NCBI RefSeq assembly: GCF_026571515.1
Contig: NW_026855774.1
Span: 62,001-126,000, forward strand
Reading direction: 5' to 3'
DNA: 64,000 bases
Source of the DNA: Ruditapes philippinarum
Taxonomy: Eukaryota
Position 1 is the first letter of the stretch, and each line of letters begins with the position of its first letter. Shown one piece after another: positions 24,901 through 37,100 of this stretch. A program made the position numbers and the translations under genes. Under the pieces are notes generated by a model. That model ran no database searches. It was not told where the DNA came from and worked only from the letters and a program-made list of their open reading frames with translations.

Positions 24901-27900
24901 TTTGTTTGAAAAATCTGATAAATAAAAACAATTTTTTGTCGAATTTTGTTGTCAAAACTATCTAGAATGAAAGAAAATGGTCTAACTAAGAAAATGAATC
25001 CGAGCACCAATATCTTTTATTCAGTCGTTAACGCCGTACAGACGTTTAAAGTATTGTTTACGTGACGTCACAATGTAGCGCCAAACAGCACGTGCAAAAC
25101 AATCAAATCAAGTACGCTATTTTAATGTCGCGAACGAGTTAAGTTTTACATTTATTTCACTTTTAATATTCTTTATTTCGCTAGAAAAAATTATAGAGTG
25201 AATTAAAATAAACAAACAAAGTTTTATCAACGTTTTCAAAATTCGTTATTCTACACACAGAAGATTTAACGACAGTTTTTATATTTTTTCATGAAAAGTA
25301 GTCCGGCAAACATGCATACCACGTGATCAAGTGCCGTAGATCACTAAAAATATACGGCACCTTGTTATCGGGCCGAAATTGATACAAGTGACAGGATAAA
25401 TATAAAATATTTTCTCATTATGTCATGGAATCATATATATTTTTGTACCAAAAAAGGACAATTTATGTTATGGCTATTATATTAAATACATTTTTAGCGG
25501 AGACCTGTATGCAAACCTATTTGATGAAGGTGAAGTATCAAAGGACGGGACTCCCGTGTTCACCAAGAAACCTGAGATCAGATTCCCAAAAGGTCGTGGT
25601 ATAGCTGGCCATGTGGCTCTTACAGGAAAGGTTGGTAGCTTGTCAAAATTAGTATTATCTCCCTTTTTTGGGAAAATGTAAATGGCAAATAGTTCGTTGC
25701 GAAAAGTCGATAATGGGTTTATGATAATGATGCTCATTTCATTTTTATGTACAATTAGACAATAAAAAATATTATCAAAGTAAGGGAAATGACGGCGTGA
25801 CGGTTAAGGAGTATATAGTGTTAATCCTACTACCATATGTGTTCGAGTAAAGCTAAGGTCACGACACAAACGGAGCCATGTTGGTCCAGAAAACGGACTA
25901 AGAGTGATTTAATCAGGGCTAATATTTTCATCATAAATCGTGCAGTATGAACTGCAGAACTAGTACTCGTAATGTATGTCTGATGAAATAAATATATTTT
26001 TAATTATTTGCAGATCGTGAATATCAAGGACGCTTACAAAGACGAGCGTTTCAATCCTGAGATAGACAAGAAAACCGGATATCATACAAAAAATATTCTG
26101 TGTATGCCAATTTCTGGGAAGAACGGAATAATCGGAGTTGTACAAATGATAAACCGGTAATTTACTAAAATCTGCTGATTAAAAACATTACCTTTATGTA
26201 AATTATAACAAGATGCAAGCTTAAAGGGACTGCAATTTGATTTTTAAGTATGACGGGACTGGATTTTCTTTTCGAGTTTTTATTTGTTTGGTGTTGGTCC
26301 ATACCAAAAACTTGTGTTGCAAATTTCATATAATTCGCTCTCTCTGTTTTTTCTGAATAGTTATTTTGTAAATTACTTAAAAACAAGACGTGCCAAAAAT
26401 ACGATTTTCAGTATTATTCCGTGTATACTAGTATACATGAATTTATTTTTTATCTTATACATCCCGGTGGATGATTGATTAAAAGTATTGTCTTTGTTTT
26501 ATGGTTTTGGAGAAACAAGTCAGGCTGGACTGAGTAGACTATTAAAAGAACAAATTGATTACTATTATACGGACATGACACAAAACCATCAAATGTTTTA
26601 GTTTTGGTATAAGTAGCTTACACATATTTCCACAATGTCACAACACAGCGTTGAAAACATGCACAATCGTATGGCTAAGGTAGATCGAGTGACAGACACA
26701 CATGAGAATGAAAGGTTTAACATTTATGAATTCCAGGTTAGGAGACGAGTGTTTCACGAGAGATGACGAGGAGGCATTTGGAATGTTTGCTGTCTACTGT
26801 GCTCTTGCTTTACACTATTCCAAACTGTACAATATCCTCACTAAAGAGGAACTCATGCACACGGTTGTATAAGCTTTTATGACATTGATAAATTAAGGCG
26901 TTCGTTACCCTTTTGATGAAACACCTTTTTCTGTTCTCAATTCTATTTATTAGAATCTTTTTTTTTTTCGGTTACCGAGCTAACAGGTGAAATAATAATT
27001 AGGCAAAACACCTATATCACATACGAAAAGCATACTCCGTCTTTTATCCTTTTTAATAAATCAATACAACTTTTTCCCATTTTCCACTTTCGAAGTAAAC
27101 TGTGATAATAGAGGAATTATCATATACATGTATATAAAGCCAGTTGTAGCAGAAAAAGTTGTTCTCACAAATTTATTAAAATTTTAATTGCAATTCAAAT
27201 ACGTATATAGAAATAATAGATAGATTTTACTTATTATAGCGATATTTCTCTTTTTATTATTTATATAGGTTGCACAAGAGGTTTTGGAATTCCATTTACC
27301 TGAAAAAGAAGTCGAAGCTATAACGTTGTCAGGAAAATATTACATAGAAGAGACTGCCCTCCCCGTTGATTTCTACAAGTTCGACTTCTGTGCTTACGAC
27401 CATGTCCGAATTCTTCATAAGTTGTTCATCCGGATAGTTCATGATACGTTTGGAGACAGGCAGTTTGATTTAGAAGCTCTGTGTAGATTTACATTGGCAG
27501 TTCGTAAAAACTATCGTCCAGTAACCTATCATAATTGGGAACATGGCTTCCATGTTGCACATGCCATCTGGCGGATGATAAAAACTTGTGATCACATAAA
27601 CTTCACACTTCATGAGAAAATGGCGCTCATTTTTGGCGCGATTTGTCATGATTTAGATCATCGCGGCTTTAACAATGACTTCTACAAGAAAAAAGATCAC
27701 CCCATCGCTGCTTTATATTCGTCCTCGTGCATGGAATATCACCATTACCACCAGACGTTACAAATTCTTACCTTGGAGGGACACGAAATATTTTCTTTCC
27801 TGACAAAAGAGGAACAAGAAGCCATGTTTGATAAGATTAAGTGAGTACATGCCAGAACATAAATGTTCCCATGTTAATGAGAAACCAGATAGTAAAGGTT

Positions 27901-30900
27901 ATGTTTGTTCTTGTTTCTGAAGTTAAATAAGAACTTATTGATAATTAATTTAATATTAGCATCTCTTGTAAAAAGTACTGAGAATTTAAAAAAGAGTGCC
28001 GTCACAATAGAAAAATTTCAATTAATTTGTTGAGACATCACCGTGTGTTTGGTAAATGATTATTTGTTGCCTAAATACAGGTTACCATGGTTATTGCAAA
28101 AAGCATTGTATTATCAATTTCTACACAAGTAACCAATAGATAGTAAACACAAACTATTCAATATTTTATTTTAAGAAAGAACATTCTGGCTAGAGACATG
28201 ACGCTTTATTACCCTTCCAGATTTTTTCCGCCTTTTTGATTGGATATTGATCATCTGAAAGAAATTGATATAACCGAGCCAGACGGGTAATATACACACT
28301 AAATTTCCCCGTTGGGTACCCAACGTTGTAAACAACATGCGCTAAGGTCATGCGCGTACGGTTCGATTTTACGCGGTGTAAATTCCGATTATAAAGCAAA
28401 TTTTAACTGTCAAATGATAAATATTTACCAAAGTAGAGGAATCATACATATTACCATCAGTATTGAAAACAAATATGACCTTGTGAAAGCTTGATATTAA
28501 TTACAAAAAAAGTGCGTTCAATAGACTACTCCTTTTCTCTTGTTTACATTCGTTAGGTACGGGAAAAATCATTGGGGAAAAATCATTCGGAGCTGCCTCG
28601 GCCATTATCTACAATATTGACTTATCCGAAGACTGACGGAAAGGGCCGAGTAGTTGCGATTGGGGAAAAATATGTCATGTATTAATGTGACGTCATGTTG
28701 TGACGAAGAGGTACCCTAAAGGGAATCTTATTTCGACGTTTCATTTAAAACAGCAATGATTTTTTGAAAAATCGTCTAAACTCGGCAGGGGAAGGGTAAT
28801 AAAATTATTATTTTGGTTTTGGAGTGATATATGTGAATATATAGTTCTGGCTTCCAAAACTTTATAAGCCGCTTTTTAACATTTTTGTTTTTCATCAGAT
28901 GCGGCATGTCATGTCATATATATAAACGGGTACGCTGAAGACCTTAAGCTAGTGAATATATTACCTACCAAGATAAAATATCACCCTCGCCTAACGGCTC
29001 GGGTGATATAAAATCTTAACAGGTAATTTATCCACATATATCACTCCAAAACCAAAATAACATATAATATTATGTTAAACATACTGTAGATCTCGACAAT
29101 GCAACTTTTATTTTTAGGAAGAACATCCTAGCTACAGACCTGGCGCTATATTTTGGTAATCAGAAATTCGTCTCCGGTCTCCTCGAGAAAGATCAGTTCA
29201 ATATAGACAATCCTGAGCATCGAGATGCGCTTTTCGCCATGATGATGACAGGGGCTGATTTATGTGCCGTACCAAAACCGTGGAGAACAATGGACAAAAC
29301 TATTGATTACCTGTACGATGAATTCTGGATGCAGGTAAACTATCTGTCATATAAATCTGTAAATGTAGAGAAATTATTACAACTATTAATTTTCATCTGT
29401 AGCTCACAAAGGTATTAATTGAGACCAGGATCAACTGATTTATACAACTTACAATTCATACTGAACCTATCTGAAATTACACAACTTACAATCCATACTG
29501 AAGTTATCTCAAACTACACAACTTACAATCCATACTGAAGTTATCTCAAACTACACAATTTACAATCCATAATAAAGTTATCTCAAATTATACAACTTAC
29601 AATCCATACTGAAGTTATCTCAAACTATACAATTTACAATCCATAATAAAGTTATCTCAAATTATACAACTTACAATCCATACTATAGTTATCTCAAATT
29701 ATGCAACTTACAATCCATAATGAGGTTATCTCAAACTATACAACTTACAATCCATACTGAAGTTATCTCAAACTATACAACTTACAATCCATAATAAAGT
29801 TATCTCAAATTATACAACTTAAAATCCATACTGAAGTTATCTCAAACTATACAACTTACAATCCATAATAAAGTTATCTCAAATTATACAACTTACAATC
29901 CATAATAAAGTTATCTCAAATTATACAACTTACAATCCATACTGAAGTTATCTCAAATTATGCAACTTACAATCCATAATGAGGTTATTCAAATTATATA
30001 ACTTAAAATCCATACTGAAGTTATCTCAAACTATACAACTTACAATCCATAATGAGGTTATCTCAAATTATACAACTTAAAATCCATACTGAAGTTATCT
30101 CAAACTATACAACTTACAATCCATAATAAAGTTATCTCAAATTATACAACTTAAAATCCATACTGAAGTTATCTCAAACTATACAACTTACAATCCATAC
30201 TGAAGTTCTCTCAAATTATACAACTTACAATCCATACTGAAGTTATCTCAAATTATACAACTTACAATCTATACTGAAGTTATCTCAAACTATACAACTT
30301 ACAATCCATACTGAAGTTTATCTCAAATTATACAACTTACAATCCAGTAATGAGGTTATCTCAAACTATACAACTTACAATCCATACTGAAGTTATCTCA
30401 AACTATACAACTTACAATCCATACTGAAGTTATCTCAAATTATACAACTTACAATCCATACTGAAGTTATCTCAAATTATACAACTTACAATCTATACTG
30501 AAGTTATCTCAAACTATACAACTTACAATCCATACTGAAGTTATCTCAAATTATACAACTTACAATCCATACTGAAGTTATCTCAAACTATACAACTTAC
30601 AATCCATAATGAAGTTATCTCAAATTATACATCTTACAATCCATACTAAAGTTATCTCAAATTATACAACTTACAATCCATAATGAAGTTATCTCAAATT
30701 ATACAATTTACAAATCCATAATAAAGTTATCTCAAACTGTACAACTTACAATCCATACTGAAGTTATCTCAAATTATACATCTTACAATCCCATACTGAA
30801 GTTATCTCAAATTATAACAACTTACAATCCTACTGAATTTATCTCAAACTTATACAATTTACAATCCATACTGAAGTTATCTCAAATTATACAACTTACA

Positions 30901-31549
30901 ATCCATACTAAAGTTATCTCAAATTATACAACTTACAATCCATATTGAAGATACCTTAGAATTTAACTGATTATACATAATTTGATGTATTTCATCGCAA
31001 TATGTAACTAATATATAATAACAAATATTAATAACTAAAATTACATGCCACTTCTTACTGTTGTTACATATAATTTCCAAGAGTTCAGTTTTGTTAATTT
31101 ATTGTCTCTATAACAAACAATATTTACTGACTTTTAGGGAGACGAGGAGAAGAAGCTTGGGTTGAAACCAATTGCAATGATGGACAGGCAACACAAATCT
31201 GAAATTCCAAATCAACAAGTAATTAACTTCTTTATAGACAACCGTTTCACTTTTTAATTAGATAAGTTGCATGTCTTTATACACTCATTTAGTATGGTCT
31301 ATACAAGTGTTTTAAATTCAGTTTTATCTATATTCATGTTGTTTTTTTTGGTTATTTTAGATCGGTTTTATCAACTTCGTTTGTAAACCTTGTTATACAA
31401 CATTGTCCGAATTGTTACCTATGGTCAAGCCATTACTGAAGGGCTGCAACCGAACAGAGGACAATTGGAAAAGAGTTATTAAAGAGAGACAAGAAAAAGA
31501 CAAGAAAGCTCGGAAAGAAACTAAAGTTATGAAAATGAATGTTTTTTAG
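21912..31549 (+). CDS. PDE10A: GAF-GAF cyclic nucleotide phosphodiesterase, PDE10A-like, paralog 1 (about 797 aa)
   Basis: Exons 21912-22485, 23103-23296, 23932-24095, 25498-25630, 26014-26156, 26737-26863, 27269-27840, 29118-29334, 31138-31218 and 31361-31549, all GT-AG and phase-consistent. Motifs [63 protein letters not shown] and QIGF. Confidence 0.93.
24514..25402. mobile_element. Hairpin-ended element in PDE paralog 1 intron 3
   Basis: Hairpin at 24514-24661 (apex GTGAGCCGAAGGCGAAC), then TATTTATCCTGTCAC, with the inverted GTGACAGGATAAATA at about 25388-25402. The body is shared with 54000-54495. Confidence 0.8.
28176..28287 (+). pseudogene. Degenerate duplicate of PDE exon 8 within intron 7
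   Basis: After a TTTTAAG acceptor it reads [12 protein letters not shown].., versus the real exon [12 protein letters not shown]. In-frame TGA at 28237-28239. Confidence 0.7.
28805..29060. mobile_element. Interrupted long-hairpin element end
   Basis: Arms TTATTTTGGTTTTGGAGTGATATATGTG and CACATATATCACTCCAAAACCAAAATAA; apex CCCTCGCCTAACGGCTCGGG. Confidence 0.7.
29440..30955. repeat. 37-bp minisatellite, about 40 copies, in PDE paralog 1 intron 8
   Basis: Unit ACAACTTACAATCCATACTGAAGTTATCTCAAATTAT, with variants. Confidence 0.95.
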
Positions 31550-32829
31550 GAAGAAATGGATGTATCATAATAAATTTTGTTGAGTAATTTATGCCGTACC
31601 GGTATTGTTTGACTTTTTATTCTCGGAGTTTTTAATAATAGGTAATGAAATAAATCATTTACTGTCTTAATTTTCTGATATAAGTTGCTCAGATAGAAAC
31701 AAGTTCAAACATGAACATCAAGTTGATAAGAAAATGTGTAAATCTGATATGCCTGAAATTCTGATTTTAAAAGACAACACCAGCAACAACAAAAAAGGAG
31801 GTATATACATGTAAATGCACGACCATGATGGTGTTATATTTCGTGCATAGAACATGGAAACAAGAGATATTTGAGAGATGAAGAAAGGTGAAGGTATATA
31901 TCACATATTTAAGCATATTAGAACCTGAATTCAGTCCGTTTTATTACTCTAAACTTTCATTAACAAAGAATATTTCTATTAACAACATTTCTTTTAAAGA
32001 TGATTAAAATTCTTGATATTAATATGGCCTCAGGAAAACCTAAATATTTAGGGACGCTATGCGTAAACTATGTGACAACATCAACACGTTCGCACAAACA
32101 GATTTCACGCTCATATCACAGTTCTCATTTTCAATATGTCATTGGAGGTGGTGGGCAATGTTAACACATCTCCACTGTTTATATTTTGATGCGAGAAGGG
32201 ATAATATTCGAAACAAATATATCAGAATATCTCCAAACTTGCGACAAATTCTTTGACCAGCCCTGTCATTGGGTACTATAAAATTGGTGATTGTAAGGTA
32301 TCATCAGTTTACTTATAATATGATCCTGCTATGTTCACTTCCATGTTAACGCAATGTTTGCAGATATTGTAATTCAGTGTAAAAATAACTAGAATACTGG
32401 TGAGCAGGATATGTGGTGTATTGTTGATTTTTCATTAATTAATTTCGTCATTAGTCTTTAAATGTGCTGCAAAGCCCTATATATAGTTCGTCTGATCAAT
32501 GTGTCTAAAATTCTTACTCAATGAATTCATTGAAATAATTGCTACAATTTATGATTTGTAGGCCTATAAAATTTCCTATGAATAACCATTTTGGTCATAA
32601 TAAATAACAGAAAAATCGCATTTTTAAGAAATACGAGCAATTGATATCTATTTATATGAAGTAACAACAATAGTACTAAACAAACACAAAATATTTTATA
32701 TTTATCGAATAGAACACAACTGGTAAAAACTAGTAATTTGCTTTCAAAGAAAATGATTATAAAAAACCGGAATTCCACAAAGGTCACTACTAGGGCCCTT
32801 GCTATTTTTTTATATATATTATAAATGAT

Positions 32830-33640
32830 ATGACATTAATTTCAGATTTTATTAACATCGACATGTACGCCGATGACTCCACATTATACAAATCCGACAC
32901 AGATATTCTCGGCATTGAGAAAGAACTCCAAAAAACTCTTTACTTGGTCAACAAATGGTGTATAAATAGCACCAAGGAAAACTGTGTATGCTATTAGGTT
33001 CCAAATTCAAAACTAAACGGGCTATAAATGACACCATAACAGAAAACGTATCAAGTCAAAAAAATCTCAGGATATGTGTTGATAATAATTTAACAGGGCA
33101 TACTCAAGTTCATAATGTTAAAAGCTAACTCAATTCAAAAATTGCACTTTTAAAAAGAATTTCATATTTTTTGACAGATGATACTTTCTTACTTCAGGCC
33201 ACGGACAAATTATATGAAACAAACATACAAGGTGACACATTTATGGAATACATTTCCAGCTGACATAAAACTGCAGAATAAATTGTCAACATTTAAACGT
33301 AAACTAAAGGATTATGTTACAGAATAAACTGAAACACTTAAAACTTTAAACTGATGTTTTATATATCTATTGTTTGTTTGTTTGTTTGTTAACATTGATG
33401 GATGATTTTATTTGCGTACTTATTTTTATTATAAATTATTTCATTTCCATGAAAATGCTTGATATTTTGTAACAGTGTTTGTCGTAATTATATTGTTATT
33501 TATTGTTGTTTCTGTTTTCTGTTTATATATATATGTATAAAAGGCCATATTGGAAATAAGTTGTATGTTTATTATGTACTCTTAATATGTCACCTTCTCA
33601 AAATAAAGTTTTCACTGTTTTGTTTTCTTTTTTTATCTTT
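32830..33640 (+). mobile_element. 5'-truncated, internally deleted CR1/L2-like LINE remnant between the PDE paralogs
   Basis: IDMYADDSTLY RT motif at about 32857-32890, W..IP..IK...LSTFKRKLK 3' motif, and AATAAA followed by a T-rich tail. Confidence 0.7.
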
Positions 33641-34038
33641 TGTAAGTATTTTAAGTTAATGTAAACACAATGAAGTGGATCTCATATTTGAATTATTTTG
33701 CATAAATATATTCAATGAACACAAAAATTGCTTGCATATATGTAACAAAGGAAAAATATTCTTTGTAATATGTTTTACTTTAGAAGTAACACAACAGAAA
33801 AATGATAATAATGATGAGAAACATTGTTAAGGAATGACTTTAAAAATCAATTTTGTTCACTCTGTTAAATGAAATAAGATTAATTTGTATAAATCATTTG
33901 TAGAATTCTCTGTTAACCATGTATACCCTTATTTTGTATTATAGATTGAAATGGCTATGAATGTTGTAACATTTAATGCTAAATAAATATTATGTTATGT
34001 TATCATTTTTATCATTATTATAATAGACTAACAGGATT

Positions 34039-34094
34039 TGACGTTTCAGAAACGGCGTCAAATGAAATGATAACGCCGACCGCAAGTGACGTCA
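34039..34094. promoter_or_regulatory. CRE-like sites upstream of PDE paralog 2
   Basis: TGACGT at 34039, CGTCA at 34056 and a full TGACGTCA at 34087-34094, about 90 bp before the ATG. Confidence 0.45.
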
Positions 34095-34183
34095 TTAACT
34101 GACTGTCAACATCGTTATTTTGAAAATGGAAAGACGTAACCGAAAAAAAAGGAGAAAATTGTGAATTGATTTTGTGGTAAAAA

Positions 34184-37100
34184 ATGGCATGCCCTGGCTC
34201 GAGTAAAATATGCGCGAAGATTACAGAAAATGAAGTCAAAGAATATCTTGAGAATCATCCAAGAGTAGTTGAGGAATATCTCTTGACTTCCGCTTCAGAA
34301 TCATTAATAGAAAATGTCCTACGGAAAAAATTGCTTGCGGAGGCAGGGGATAATTACATAGCATCTGCAAAATTTGAGAGTAAAAGCAAACGTCGGAAGA
34401 CAACAGTTTATACAGACACCGGAATTACGGCGATGAGCAGAAAAATAATTGGTTCTATTAAAGATGACGAGATATATGAAAGAATATACGAAATGTGTAT
34501 GCTGATTAAAACTTCTATAGATGCGGAATACTTTCATCTACTTGCAGTTGAAAATATTGAGAATAATCTAGCAAAGTTTGAGCCGGAAAAGGGGTGTGTA
34601 CGTTTTGGAAAAATCGGCGAAAATCGTATTGTAGCATCGTATGTTGCCACAGAAAAAGTTCCGCTGAATTTAGAAGATCTTTGTAATGACCCCAGATTTC
34701 CAGATGGTGTTGGCGTTGATATTTTCAAGAGATGTCATATAATGAGTATTCCGCTATTTCTTGAATGTGGAACTCCCTATGTGGTCGTAGAATTCATCAG
34801 AAGTCAAGGGTCGTCACCGTTCAGCACTTTTCATTTTGAACTCGTCAATGCAATTATGACATGGGTGATGGCTTGCTTACAAAAGATGAAATTAAACAAG
34901 GTATTCATTCAATAATCTCAATGAAAGATAAGAAAGAAAAAACACACTAAAAGAATAAAGCATCTGTAAAGAAATTTTTCAATGTCAAAGTGTTTTATTA
35001 ATAATTAATCAATTTATATGTTTGTTTATTTATTTATTTATCTCCAAATATTATATATTTAACAGTATTGTAGAGTCTGTGGATTTTTCTCATCTATTTA
35101 TAAAAGTGCAAATCTTTTGCAAATCTTCTGAATCATGTATAACATGTCAAAACTGAAACATACTCGGGTAATTCCGTTCTTCTTCATTACTTTCCATGTG
35201 TGATCATTCAGTTTTTGCTCACTTTCATGTTGACGATATGAAGATGCATTACTAATATCTTGTTATTTTTTCATCAACAATTTATTTATTTATTATTTTA
35301 GTTACTCAAGCTACAAGATGCATTAAACAACTTTCTGTTAGAGACGACACGTGTTATGTTTGATGATATGGAAAATATAGACACACTCGTCACTAACATA
35401 ATGACCTTCACCAAAGACCTTGTAACTGCCGACAGATGTGCTTTGTTCCTGGTTGATGAAGAAAGGTAATATTATATCTGAATTAGTATTAAGTTGATTT
35501 GTACTTACATACAGACATAAAACTATAAATTATGATAACCCGTCTCCTGTTGCCTTTCTTAGAGTATTGCTTCAAGACGATTAGGTTCGCACAAGATAGC
35601 ATAGTTTAAGTTTAAATACACAAACTGGTAGCCGTTTATTTTTCAGCATGTGTAAAATAGAAGATTAAAGGCAACCACCCCATAAAAACAAACTTTCTAT
35701 ACAAATTATATTAGCTACATGCACATGGCTCATTATGTTATGAATTTTATTTGTTAAGACAGGAACTGTTTGCAGATTACTTTGACGAGGGCAAAAAGAG
35801 CGAGACTGGACTTTCCGTGTTTACTAAAAAATCACAAATCCGGTTCCCAAAGAATCGTGGAATAGCCGGGTATGTCGCTCAGACAGGCGAGGTAAGTGTA
35901 TTTTATAATACTGTATAACGTCGTTTTTCATTGGCTAATGTTATCTATCTATACCGCTGCAGTTGATTTATGAGCTAATTTCATTTTTCTCTCTCTAATA
36001 GTGTTATAAATCCGCTATAAAGATTTTTGACATGTTATATGTCCGTATGTAAACGGTTATATGCAATATAACCCTCGCCGTCATATAAACAAACGTTAAA
36101 TAGGGCCATATATAGCCTGTCAAAAATGTTCATAAACTAATATAAAACAGGAATATTTTACATGTATAATAGGTGTAAAGGGTATGCGGAACGGGTGTAT
36201 TTATGATCTTGTGAAAATATCAGTAAAATAGTTCTTTTTCTTCACTTTGTTAAAATTATGTAAAGTTTAAGAAAATTCTCAGAGCTTTTTATTTTTTTAT
36301 TCTTAAAGATCCTGTAAGTTGTGATCAAAGTGGTAAACTACACTAAGTGAAAATATATATGTGTACATAATTATGCAAATAAAACAATTTTCAAACATCG
36401 TAGAATATGTAAAATATGTACTGCAAATATTTGTGCATATTTTTGTATGTAATCATTTAAGTATATGCATTCATTTCTTAGTGTAAAATTTGACTTAAAC
36501 TCTATAGAAAATAATTTTGTTATTACTTCCCTTTATTTACATGAAATGTTAAATTCGGTAATATCTTTATAAAAAATGCTTTTTGGAACCTAACATATTG
36601 ATAAATCTTAATTTGAGCATCATATTTATGATTTAAAACCATAAAAAATTTGAAACAAAAAAAACTGAACTAATCTCGGAAACGTCTTTAACTTTATTGA
36701 CCGCTGATCGAGTGTTTACTGAAAAAGTATAAGTAACTGTATGATTGCTTTTATGTCTATGACTTTTGTAAAGTAGCCAGTTTGAAATAATTTATTAAAT
36801 TATGTTTAAGGCTGTCATAAATTGTTTTGTAGGTAGTAAATATAAAAGACGCGTACCAAGATGAAAGATTTAATACTGAGATAGACAAAAAGACCGGATA
36901 CCGTACAAGAAACATACTTTGTATGCCAATCAACGCCAAAAATGGAGTGATCGGCGTGGTTCAGATGATAAATAGGTAAATCATCATTTATATAATACCT
37001 CTTAGAAATAGTAGCCATATGTTTTGTTTTCCAGACAAAAAGTCTTGGGATTTCATTATTATTGATAGCCAAAACAATTCTAGAAATCTGTCAAATAACT

